A stretch of 64,000 bases of DNA from Piromyces finnis finn. Lineage: Eukaryota > Fungi > Neocallimastigomycota. Shown here piece by piece: positions 48,078 through 60,600 of this stretch. Under the pieces are notes generated by a model that ran no database searches, was not told the DNA's origin, and saw nothing but the letters and a program-made list of their open reading frames with translations. The position numbers were made by a program, and so were the translations under genes. Location of the stretch: positions 806,001 to 870,000 of the forward strand of contig MCFH01000008.1 in NCBI GenBank assembly GCA_002104945.1, given 5' to 3'. How positions within the stretch are numbered: position 1 is the first letter of the stretch; every line of letters begins with the position of its first letter.

Positions 48078-50748
48078 CTAATATTTTGGTTCTTTACATT
48101 CTGTACATTTATAAGTATTATCTGGATTAAGCCAATCTTCCAATGGTATATTTACTTTTGATTTTTTAATTTTTCTTCCTTTTAATCCCTTTAAAATTGG
48201 TCTTCCCATATCGTTTAGTTGTTCTATTGAGCTAAGAATAATATCTATTATATTATTAGAAAATAAAAATAATAAATAAAATGTGATTATTAAAAATCAC
48301 CATTTATTATAAAATTTCGTTTTAAATTATACATACGATCTAATAATAAACGACTAGTTCTTATTTTATCAACATAATTATTTGATTTATGAGTGAGCCA
48401 TGGCAAGAAATAATTTTCAATTTCTGTTTCTCTAGGATCATAAAAGAATCCATTATCATTAAGAGTTTCAAATACGGATGGTATTAAATTAGATAAATAT
48501 GAATTTGTGAATGATCTAGCTGCTATTTTTTCAACAACTTCTTTCTTTTCTTCCATTAATTTTAACTTTTCTGTAATGCGACGATTCTTTAATAATAATA
48601 TTATAAAAAATTATATTTTATTTTTTAAAAAGTTATTAATTATCTTTTATGGTCAAATCAAATTAAATCAACTTTATCATATCATAAAAATAATAAATAT
48701 AAATATTAGTATGTGTACCTTTTCTTCAGTTCTACGTCTTTCTGCATCTTCTAGTCTTTGAACTTCTGCTAATTCTGCGTTTCTTTTTTCTTCAAAATCA
48801 ATCTTTTTTTTTTTTTAAATGATTATAATAATTAAATATTAATATAAATATTAATATTATTTATAAGATAAAAATTTATATATATTCATTAATATCAATA
48901 TATATGTAATTTATATACTATATATAATGATAGAACATTGTATTTTTATATATACTTGATGCTTTCTTAGCATTTCTAATTCCTCTTCTTCCATAACCTC
49001 AATTAATGCTTGTTCAAGAGTTTTTCCAACAAGAACTTCAAGAATTGGCTCAACCTGTAAAAAGTAATATATATAAATAAAAATTAATATTAAAATTTAT
49101 AATCGATTATTTATTAAAAAGTATACAAAATATAGAAATCAGTTTTTTTCTGATATATTTTTCATTTAATTAATTTTTACCTCAAAGTTAAAGTCAAACA
49201 ATTCTCCATCATAAATTTGTGTGGCTGCATCAATACCAGACTTTTGTGGAATATATAAAGGTGATGGTGCTCTATCTAAGAAAAGATCAGTTTGAGTGGC
49301 GGCAATTGCTTCTGGTACTTTATCATAAAGTTCTTCTAAATAAAGATCTGTTTGAATTTCTACATGATGACGACCTTCTACTGGTTCAGGAGTTTTTATT
49401 CTTCTTTTCTCTGCAGCTCTTTTTCGTGCTTTTGCTCTTCTCTTCATTTCCTCTTGTTTATGAAGTTCTAATGGATCTGGTTCTGATTGCTATTATTTAT
49501 TTATTTTTTATATTTAATTAATTAAATATTTCCAAATATTATTTATATTGAGTAGAGCATAAATTAATTTATATATAGATCATATAAGAAAATAAAATAG
49601 AGATAATAAATTTATAGTTAAAAGATTGTTTATATTTTTTTAATACTTTTAAATACTCTATATTAATAAAAGGAATGTTTTATTATTTATATATATTAAT
49701 CATCAATTTACTAATGGTAATATTTTTGCTGCATAAGTATTTCCACGAACAACTCTTGGATCATACATAATATTGCATGCACTATAATATTAAAAAATAA
49801 ATAAGCATTTTAATAATGATGGGGAAAAGATATTATTAATAGTCATTATTAATAAATTAATAATATTTTTATACTTTTTTATACTAATAAAATTATAAAA
49901 ATTTTTTTTTATAATAAATATATTTACATTCTTTGTTTTTCTTGATTAAATTCATTTTTCTGAATAGAAAGCATTTTTTCTAATTCATATGGATCTCTAT
50001 ATTTTCTTCTTTGAGAAGGTGCTGGAATAGCTCTTGGTTCACTAGAAAATTTATAATTTTCAACACCAACAGGCTTCATAATAGAAGTTTTTGCATTTTG
50101 GTTTTTGTTATTTACAGCTGAATAGTAATTATTTTGTATATTATTGACTTGTTCTTCAAACATTTCTGTATTCTGACTTTCTTCTTCTGGCATATTAGTA
50201 ATTTCAGTAATAGGTGATTCCTCTGTTACATTTTGATCCATTATGACATTATCTATTTTTGATAATTCATCATTATTAATTGGAGGTGTCATGACTACTT
50301 CCTCAACTATTAAAGATTCTTTATTTTGATTATCAATTGTAGAATTTTCAATTTTATTTGTTTCATCATTTTTTTCAGTAGATGGTACGACTATTTCTGA
50401 TTCAATTATTGTTTCATTTGGTTCTGGAATAGATTCAGTTGGAGTTTCTGTATTGGTATTTATAACTTCTTCTTTTGTTTCCTCGTTTACATCTGATACA
50501 TTTGCTCCTTGAATTTCAATATTTACAGTTTCCAATGCTGGTTCTTGAATATTTGAATCATCTGGAAGATTTTGAACTTCTTGTAATTCTTTTGATTTCT
50601 CATTTATTATTTCATTTGTTGTTTTTTCTTCTGATGTTTCTTCAATGACTTCCTCTACTGATTGTACTTGCTCAAATTCATTCATGTCTGGTGCATTTTC
50701 TGTAACAACATTTGATCCTTCATTTGTATTTGTATTTTCCGTTTCCAT
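48078..50748 (-). CDS. RSPH3: Radial spoke head protein 3 (RSP3, axonemal AKAP-type scaffold) with acidic N-terminal extension
   Basis: YKFSSEPRA..RRKYRDP, NIMYDPRVVRGNTYAAKILP, TPEPVEGRHHVEIQTDLYLEEL, ATQTDLFLDRAPSPLYIPQKSGIDAATQIYDGELFDF, PILEVLVGKTLEQALIEVMEEEEL. Confidence 0.93.
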
Positions 50749-51221
50749 ATTATTTAGATTACTCTTTTTGTTTTTTATATTAAGAAAAAATTTCCAGAAA
50801 ACTATTTAACTATTTGTATTATTTATATTCTTTGACTTTTTTTTTATATAATTTATTCAATGTACGCAATTGAATATAATGAAATATTCAAAATGGTATG
50901 ATTTAATAGTTATTCTACTTTATATATAAGTAGGAAATCACGCGGAATAAGACTAAATATAAATATTAGTGTATGGTTAATAGTTTTATACGATAAAATG
51001 AATAAATTAATAATTTAGTATAAAATAAATTTATATATTTAGAAAAAATTTTTAAACAAATATAAAAGTTTGTTTTTTTGAAAGAATAAATATTATAAAT
51101 ACAATTATTAATTAAAATAATTATAATAATATTACAAAATAATAATATTCAATATAACTTTATTTTATATTAAAATAATTTTGTAAATTTATTAAGTCTT
51201 ATAAATGATTTTATATAAAAA

Positions 51222-51295
51222 TTCAAAAACTCAAAAACTCAAAAACTCAAAACTCAAAACTCAAAACTCAAAATCCAAAATTCAAAATTCAAAAA
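51222..51295. repeat. Degenerating 7-8 bp minisatellite (TCAAAAAC / TCAAAAC / TCAAAAT)
   Basis: About 10 tandem units followed by a poly-A run. Confidence 0.8.
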
Positions 51296-51624
51296 AAAAA
51301 AAAAAAAAAAATAAAAATAAAAATAAAAAATATTAATTAAAATTAATTAAAATTATAAAAACTCGATTATTTTCAGATTTATATTATTGATGTATATTGA
51401 GCATAGTGTGATTATTTTTATTTGTTGAATTTATTATTATTTTTCTAGTTTAACATTATACAGCATAAATTTATTTTATTTTTATTAATTATATATATAT
51501 ATAATCATTATTACTTAAAAAAGTATTGTGTTAATGAAATATTGTATATATGATTTCGATTAAATAATTAAATATATAAGTCCCCATTTTTTTTATATAT
51601 ATTTTTATTAATATATTATTCAAA

Positions 51625-52828
51625 CTATACTGAAAATTTAAAGAATACTATCTTAAAAATTAAAACAAGAATAATTAATGAAGTAAAGATAGTTGCAAAA
51701 ATGACAATTGAAGCGAAATTATTATCGCATTGTTTAGTATATGGATATATATTATAATATAAATAATAACCTTGAAATGATAAATATAATAAATGAAAAA
51801 TATATATATATATAATATATTATTATTATTATTATTATTATAATTTTTATTAAAGTGGAAATGTAATTATAATTTACTTTAAATAAATAATAAAAGTGAT
51901 TGCTAATTTACCTGATATTATACCAGGAAGTAAAACAAATATAGTATGTAATAAAGAATTTGGTAATATAGCAAAAACCTATTAAATTAGATAATAAATT
52001 AATATTAAAAGAATAATTAATTGATAATAAAGTTTTCTTGATAATAATAGTTTAGATATATTTATATTTACAGCAGCAGGTATCCATAAACTTAATCCGT
52101 AACCATAGAGGCAGTATAAATCAATTAATCCAAGAGCAATTGAAAAATATTTACATAAAAACCAAATAACTAATGGAATTAAACCAATATAAGTATAAAC
52201 TGTAACAGTGGCAAAGGATAATAATGAAAAATCATAATTATACTTGGCATTTCCTTTTTTATCATTTAAATAAGTAACTAATGAGTTAGCAATACATGAA
52301 GTAACAAATAAAACCATAATAACAGTAGTTGAAATCCAAAAAGGACCTATTTTATTGTAATAATCATTTAATTAGCAATTTATTTATTATACGTATTAAT
52401 AATAAAAAATATTTATGATAATTATTATTTTAAATGTTAAATAATAAAATACATTTAAAAAAAAAATTATTGATATTTACCATATAAATCTGGATTTGCA
52501 TCAACCTTATTAAAGAAACTTTCTTTTGGAATTATTGTACAAACAATTCTTTCTATAACCTATTAATATATTAATTTTATTATTTTGAAAGCATAATTTT
52601 TTTTTTTTTATTTTATTTTTAATGTTTTAATATAAAAGTAACTTACATCCTTGGTGTCGACATTAAAATATTTTGAGTAATATTCAATATTCCAAAAGGA
52701 ATAATTATTTGAAGAATTTGAATCTTCCATATTAGTAAAGGTTGCTAATAATAAAAATTATTACATAATATACATATATAAATATCCATAAATATTATGT
52801 TTTTCTTATTAATTAATTAAAATATTAC

Positions 52829-52893
<65 letters not shown>

Positions 52894-53365
52894 TTTGATT
52901 AATTTAATTGTTATATACCACTTCCAATATTTGTATTAGCTTTATTTGTTGTCATTTTTCCAATATTTTCGTCATTGGACATAACAAAATCTTTTTAAAT
53001 TATTATATAGTACATTAATTGAAAATATTAATAATAATGAATTTAAATGAAATAAGATTTTTAAAATATTTTCTTACTTTGGAATTCAAGATCATTTTTG
53101 TCTTTATTTTCGGGATTCTATTTATTTTTTTTTTTTAAGTTTATTTTTATTTATTTATTTGGATATTTGAGAAATAAATAATTAAATAATAATAATAAAA
53201 AAAAAACATATTATATATAGAATGTAAATTATTATTTGTTTTATTACTCTCTTATTTATTTTTGTTATTTAATTTGAATTAAATTAAAATCTAAACTTAT
53301 ATGATAAATTTTAAATTTACTTGTTCCAAATCTAAATCAAAGATGGTTGAGTAATTTGATTCCAT
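51625..53365 (-). CDS. YIPF1: Yip1-domain Golgi membrane protein (YIPF1/YIPF2, Yip5-like)
   Basis: FWNIEYYSKYFNVDTKDV, PDLYGPFWISTTVI and LYCLYGYGLSLWIPA; two further TM-encoding exons end at TAG 51625. Confidence 0.88.
52832..52892. repeat. (ATT)n microsatellite inside a YIPF intron
   Basis: About 20 perfect units. Confidence 0.85.
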
Positions 53366-54175
53366 ATTTTATTATTATTCTTATTATTAATATTATTTTT
53401 TACACCTTTTATTTTTTATTTTTTTTTCTTTTTTAAATATTATTAGTAATATTTTTATATATATAATAACAAATATTTATTTTTATTTTCCTTTTTTTAT
53501 ATATCAATCTTTATTAGTCTTTTATTATTGATTAAAAATTCATTTTAAGTTTAATTTTTATTTCACAAAAAATTTCTTTTTTTTGTGACAAGGAAAAATT
53601 TTTGATATATATTAAATTCAAATAAACTATTTAATTTATTTGTTATATTAATATATAGGTACATTATCATTTCTAAAACTTTTAGTCTCATAAAGCTTTA
53701 AAAACCATTTCATATATTCATTATATAATTTAATATTATGACATTTCTTTGTTTGGAACATAGAAGAGCTTAGATCATTCAAAATATAAATATATTTATG
53801 AAAATTTGTAAATATATAGTATTTATATACTAATAATTAAAATATAAAAAATAATTCAGTATTTTCTTTTTTTTTTTTATTTATAAAAAAGTGTCGAAAA
53901 AAAAAAAAAGTTGTATAAATTATTAATTTTAAAGCTTTTGATAAATATTATTATTATTGTTATAATATATATGAATATGATGCTTTTATTAATTAATTGC
54001 TGAAACACATTTTTCATATATAAATATTTTTATGTTGTAAACATTCTATTTATTGACTTATTAAATAAAGTAAATAAAAATAAAGTAAATAAAATAAAAT
54101 AAAAATAAAGAGTAATAAAATTAAAATTTATAAAAAATTGAAAAAAATAATATATATTCAAGTAAATAAAAAAGT

Positions 54176-56442
54176 ATGGAAGACTCATATCAAACTGCAA
54201 TTAAGATTTGGGAACAAATTAATCTAGTTGAATTACAAAAAACACTTGATGAACAAGGAATAAAAATTATTAATAATCAAAAAGAATCTTTAGCTTCACG
54301 GAAACAATTAGCAGAACAAACTAGAGATTTTAAAAGATTATCAAATGATGAAAAATTAATAAAATTCAAAACATTATTGAAGGCGTATCAAAATGAAATT
54401 GATAATATTACTAAAAGAAGCAAAGTTTCAGAAACAGCCTTCCTAAATGTATATAAATTATTATTGGAAGCACCTGACCCTAGTGCATTAATTTCTTCTT
54501 TTTTGGTAATAAAATATTACATCTATATTTATTTTTACTAAAAAAATATTTTATTCAACATATATATTTTAATTTATATTATTACTAAAATATAAATTAT
54601 ATATAATATATAAATATATATTTTCTTATTTTTCTTATTATATATATTATATATTTTAATTATTGTATTATAATTAAAATATAATAAAAACAGGAACAAA
54701 ATAGTAAAAAAGAAGATTATGAAGTTATAAAAAAAGAGAATGAAAATTTAAAAAATGAACTTAAAAATGTAAACAATGAATTTAGTGATTATAAAATTAA
54801 AAATTCAAATGTTTCAGTCTTAAAACAACAAGTTATGTTGTATGAAACTAAAATAGATGAATTAGTAAATGAGAAAGTAATAGAAAAAGAAAGTGAAATG
54901 AAAAATATAATTGATGAAAAAATTATGTTGTTTAAAGAAAGAGAACATTTCCTTCAACGTCAAGTAAATCAATTAAAAGATCAGTTAATGGCTTTGCAAG
55001 ATAACCATGATAATACGCAAGCAAAAATTATAGACCATAGTCAAAAGTATGAAGAAGAGGTTGCGGGTAAATTAGCAGAATTGGAAATAATAACAAATGA
55101 TTTGGAAAATGCAAATATGAATGTAGCAAAACTTCAACAAGAAAATGAAAACTTAAGACAACAATTAAATAAAATTTTAAATGAAATATCTGATGATACT
55201 AGTTTTAAAAGTAAAGAAAAAGCAATTAATGATAATTTTTCATTTGCGAATGCAGGAAATTCTGAGGAAGAATTAATAAATTTAAGAAAGAAATGTCAAA
55301 CACAAGATGAAGAAATTAATCAACTTATCAAATCTGTAGAAAGACAAAAAAATATAACAAGTAAGAATGAATTAATTTTTAATTCAAAAATAAGTGATTT
55401 AGATGCTCGACTTTCAGAAGCAAATGAAACTATCTCAAAATATAAAGCAAAACTCGAAACTTATTCAGATTATAAAAAAATTAAAGAAGAATTAGAAGTT
55501 TTGAAATCTATTGAATTTTCAACAACGGTTGAATCTAACAATACCCAAGAAGAAAATCTAGAAAAGTTAATTATGGCAAAAAATAAAAAATTACAGGCTG
55601 AATTAACAGAAAAGAAAATAGAGGTCGAACAATTAAACACATCATTGACTCAAACAACCAAAAACCTCGAGAATTCCAATATAAAAATTAAAGAACAAGA
55701 AAACTTAATATCAAAATTAGAGGAAGATCTTCTTAAAGTTAATACACTACAACCTTCAAAGTATAAGAACCAAACTATTCAAGAAAAAAATAATAGTATT
55801 GTAAATAATGATGAAATAGGTGCAGCATTAATAAATCAAACAACAGAAGGTCCAAATGATGAAAATAATTCCGATTCTATTATTGCTATTTTAACAAGTC
55901 AACGTAATAGATATAGACAACGCAATCAGGAATTAGAACAGCAAATTCGTAGTATTAATGATAAAGGAAAAGATGTTGAGTTAGAAGTCCAATCATTAAA
56001 AAATGATAATATTAAATTATATGAAAAAATAAGATATTTGCAATCCTTTAATAAAACTTCTTCATATAATATCGCTGATAGAGGCTATAATCGTAATAAA
56101 AAGGATCAATCATATTCTGTAGATATGCAATCTCACTCATACAATGATAACGATATATCTGAAAAATATAAGATGATGTATGAAGATTCTATTAATCCAT
56201 TTAATGAATTTAGAGGCAGAGAAGAAAATAGAAAGTATCGTTCTCTCAATACAGTAGAAAAGGTTACATTAAATATTACAAAAATATTTATGGCAAATAA
56301 ATATTCAAGAATTTTTTTCTTAGCCTATATATTGGGACTTCATTTACTTGTATTCATAGTTATATTTAGAAGTATTGATTTATCTGAAATAGAAACACAG
56401 TCATCATCACCATTTGATGTTAAATCAAATAAGTTATATTAG
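54176..56442 (+). CDS. COY1: Golgin CASP / Coy1 (CUX1-CASP family) with C-terminal transmembrane anchor
   Basis: Exons 54176-54505 and 54694-56442. N-terminal LQKTLDEQG...SRKQLAEQTRDFKR...LKAYQNEIDNITKRSK..FLNVYKLLLEAPDP; CASP_C ILTSQRNRYRQRN...DNIKLYEKIRYLQS...YEDSINPFNEFR; TM FFLAYILGLHLLVF. Confidence 0.93.
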
Positions 56443-56796
56443 TTTTTCATATTTTTTATTCTCTTCTAGTAAAAAAAAAAAAAAGGTAATTAAAAAAATT
56501 TTTTTAAAAAAGAATAAAAAAATAAAACCTAGTAAAAATAAAATAAAAAGTAAATAATTAAATAAAACAATTAAGTATATCTCTTATAAAACATATTTTT
56601 TTATTGAAAAAAAAAGATCTATATATATTAATAATTATATTCATTATCTTTATAAAAAAAAAAAGGTTACAATAAAAAAGTTCTCAAATTAACAAGAAAT
56701 TTAAATTTTAATCGTAAATTTTATTTATATAATAATAAAAATACAAATATCATGAATCTATAATTACATAATTATATATATATATATCAATTATTT

Positions 56797-56800
<4 letters not shown>

Positions 56801-56885
<85 letters not shown>

Positions 56886-56911
56886 TTTTTTTTTTTTTTT
56901 TTTTTTTTTTG
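56801..56911. repeat. Poly-T tract (T41-G-T42-G-T25-G)
   Basis: Direct read, between convergent COY1 and ADCY10-like genes. Confidence 0.9.
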
Positions 56912-57479
56912 TATTTAGAATTTTATGTTGAATTTATTTTTAAATTTTAAAATTTTTTTTCTATAATCATTTATCTTTTCTTTTATATTTTATACTTAAT
57001 TATTGAATTTTGATAATACTATTAATATAGTAAAAAAGATTATATTATCAACAACTTTTTTTCAATATTAATAATAGAAAAGTTGAGTTTTATAACTATT
57101 TATATATTAATAAATTTAATAAATATATTATTTTTAAAAAATAGTTTGTGTATGTAAAGTTTAAAAAATTAATAAATTTTTTTTTAATATAATAACCTAT
57201 TAAATACAAAAATAAAATAAAAATATTTTAAATAAAATAATATTAAAAAAAATAATTATCTGTAATATTTTTGAAATATAAATAATTTTAAATAACGTCC
57301 ATATTCATTTATTTTCGTTCGTAGTAGCTTATATATTTGGATAATGTTGGGTTATTATAATTTACTTATTTACTAAATAAATAGTCATCATTATTGAAAA
57401 TATTTTTATTCAAACTGTTATTCTAATAATCTAATATTTTATATATATATATATTATTTTTTTTTTTTTTGATAACTGA

Positions 57480-57510
<31 letters not shown>

Positions 57511-57694
57511 TGATAATTTTTTTTCTTTTTTTCTTTGGAAATAAATGTAATTGAAAAATTTTAACTTGTATAATAAATATTAATATATTTGGTGAATTAT
57601 TTTGGTTATTTTATTTAATAATTATATCTATATTTCTTTTATTTTTTTTTTCGAGCATATGTTACATTTTAAATAATCGTTATTCTTATTATTA

Positions 57695-60600
57695 TTACTG
57701 AATCGTTACTCTCGTACCATTTGGTTTTGAACGAATTCTTGATGCTGGCGCATTTGGTTCTAAACCATTTCTTCCTGGCATACCTGAATGAATATTTTCT
57801 GTACGAATTGAACTCTTAATATCCATTGATTGAAGGACTTGACTTTGTATAGATTGGTTAGATGGTCTACCATTACGGCTTTTCTTTGGTTTATTTTCTT
57901 TTCTTTTAAGTAATCTTTGGTACACTCTATTACGTAAATCTTGATCTATAATTAATGGTTTTTTGTAGTCTTCTGGTTTTATTCTATCTGCTGGGAATAA
58001 ATCATATTGGTATATTGTTTTAGTAACATTTTCAATATTATTAATCATATTTTCACGCTCTGCATCATCTGGGGTATATTGAGCAATTTTGGTATAAAGG
58101 ATAGCATTATAATAAGGAGTTCTCAATTTTGGTGATGATTTTTCATCAATTAGACCTGTACGCCATTCAGCTAATGCATTATTAACATTACCATTAATAA
58201 GCTGATAAAGACCTCTACATAAAGCTAACATTGGCAATGCAATTATGTATGAATTAAAGAATCTTTCTAAATCATGGGTAAGGGTAAATAATATACCTAA
58301 ACAAATGATACAATGTTCAGTTTCTTCTTCAAAAATACCTTGATCGTATGCTAAGTATAAAATATTAATGAAGTGTGGTAAACTAACTAATGTACCCCAA
58401 CTTGCGTGACTTAATCTATCAAGAAGACGTACAACACGGGCAAGTGAATTCCAGGTATCTTCTAAAATTTCTATATTAAATCTAAAGAAAACTTCGCATA
58501 TTAAACCATAGAAAATAAGTTGTACACTGAAGTTACCGGTATTAGGGCTTTGACCTAATGAGCATATCTTCTTGATCAAAGATAAGATAACTGTAATTTC
58601 TTCTTCTTCATTTGAGGAAGTGTAATTGAATAATATAAGAGAGAGTGCTAAACATTGGGTTTTCCAAAGTTTTCTTTTATTAAACATTTCAACAGCTGTC
58701 TTCATACTTCTTTCAATATATCCTCCATGAAATTCAGTAAAGGATTTAAGAACCCAAGCTTTATCACCAAGATACATTTCTCCTAAATCACCTGACATTT
58801 TAATAAGTGTTTCCCAGTGATAGAATGCACGTTGCCAATCACCAAGAGCAAAGTATGCCTGAGCTAAACAATCATAAGCATACAAGTGATAAGAGGTAAT
58901 TGGGTTATAATGTTCAGCTAAAATTTCTTCTGCTTTTTGTAAAGCTTTCATACTTACTTGAGTCTCATTAACATTATTAATATTTGTAACAATATCTAAA
59001 CCATACATAGACAAGATTTGAGCATAATTTGGATCAGGTTCTAAGTAAGAAGACCATTTAATAGCCATTTTAATAGCCATTCTAAATTGTGTGAGTTTAT
59101 GTAAGGTGTTATATGTTTCACAAAGAACAAGAAGATATCTTCTATTAATCATTGCATGGCGTTTTGTTTTCTCGGATTTACTTTCTGTTGTACTAAAGTT
59201 TCTTTTACATATTAAGTAATGATTAAAGTTAATTTTCTTTTCTGCCCACCATGTCTGAAGTTTCTTTTCTGGTAAACGAATGTTAATTAACAAAAGAGCA
59301 ACAACAATATGATTTTCAGCTTCATGGTATTTTAATAATGAAAGATAAGCTTCTGCTATTTGACAATGCCATTCACTAATTCTCCAATTACTAATAGTAA
59401 ATGGGAATGTATACTGATCAGTTTCATACATTCTAAGTAACATTCTGTAATATTTTAATGTTTCAGTCATTGACTTAATCTTATAGAAGTATTGACATAC
59501 CATTTCAAGATACTTTTTAGTATTGACTTTATCATTTGTATGAGAATAATGCTCGTAAATAGTAGATAACAATTCTTGATTTTTTTGTGTATCCGCCTCA
59601 TAAATACCTTCATAATATTTAGCATAATACATATGAATTTCTTCTCTTACTTGGTTAGTCATCATTTTGTAAATTGCTTGTTGAACCATATCACTAACAA
59701 AAGAAAATACAGATTCTTGGTAATTATCCTTTTCCTCCACCACAAGTCTTAAGAAGTTATATTTATCATATTCAGCAAAGAATTCTTCCATATTAGAGAT
59801 TTCTTCATCATCCTTTATATTTAAATATGGGAATTTTTCTTCGGAATAATAATCTTGAGTAACAAGATATCTTTTAACATCGGATAATTTGAATTGAGCT
59901 AAGACCGTAGCAACTCTTAAGAAGTTTTGGAAATTTGTATCTAATTTATCAAATTCATTAACAACTACAGTTTCAATACCACCAAATGGAATAACATTTT
60001 CAAGTTCTTGTGGATCTTCAGAATCTTGATGGTATCTTAAAGAACCATCAGTAGCAAGATAAAAGCTTGGCAACTCCAGAAGGAAAGAAATCATTCTTTT
60101 AATGTATGTTGGAGCACCTATTATAAATAAAATTTTATATGTTAAAATGTTAAAATTTATATTTGATATTTAAAACAATGTAATCATAATATACTATATA
60201 TGCTATAAAATATTTTAATGAATAATTATTTACCCTGAGTTCTTTCATAAATAATTTCTAAAATTGATTGAGAAACACCAGTACATTTTTGGGCAAATTT
60301 AACGGTACATGCATCTTTAATCATTTCACATGCTGCATCTTCAGAAATTCCATTAAGTGTAATAATAACTGCTCTTGGCATTTTTAAAATTCCTTGGAAA
60401 ATTTCTAATGATTTTTCATTAGAAGGATAACTTGATTCTGGATAGGTTACAAGAGTAATTAAAATCTTCGCATTACACTTTAAAATACATTCTGTTAATC
60501 TCCAAGAGAAGAAATCCATGAATTGGATTTGGTCTATACACAGAAGAAGTGGAATTTTATATGAAAGCTTTACTAAAATTCTAATAATTAAACTATTTAA

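Noticed and set aside
51222-51295. Telomere-like or CRISPR-like interpretation of the minisatellite
   Set aside because: No G-rich telomere consensus, no spacers, no cas genes; eukaryotic context.
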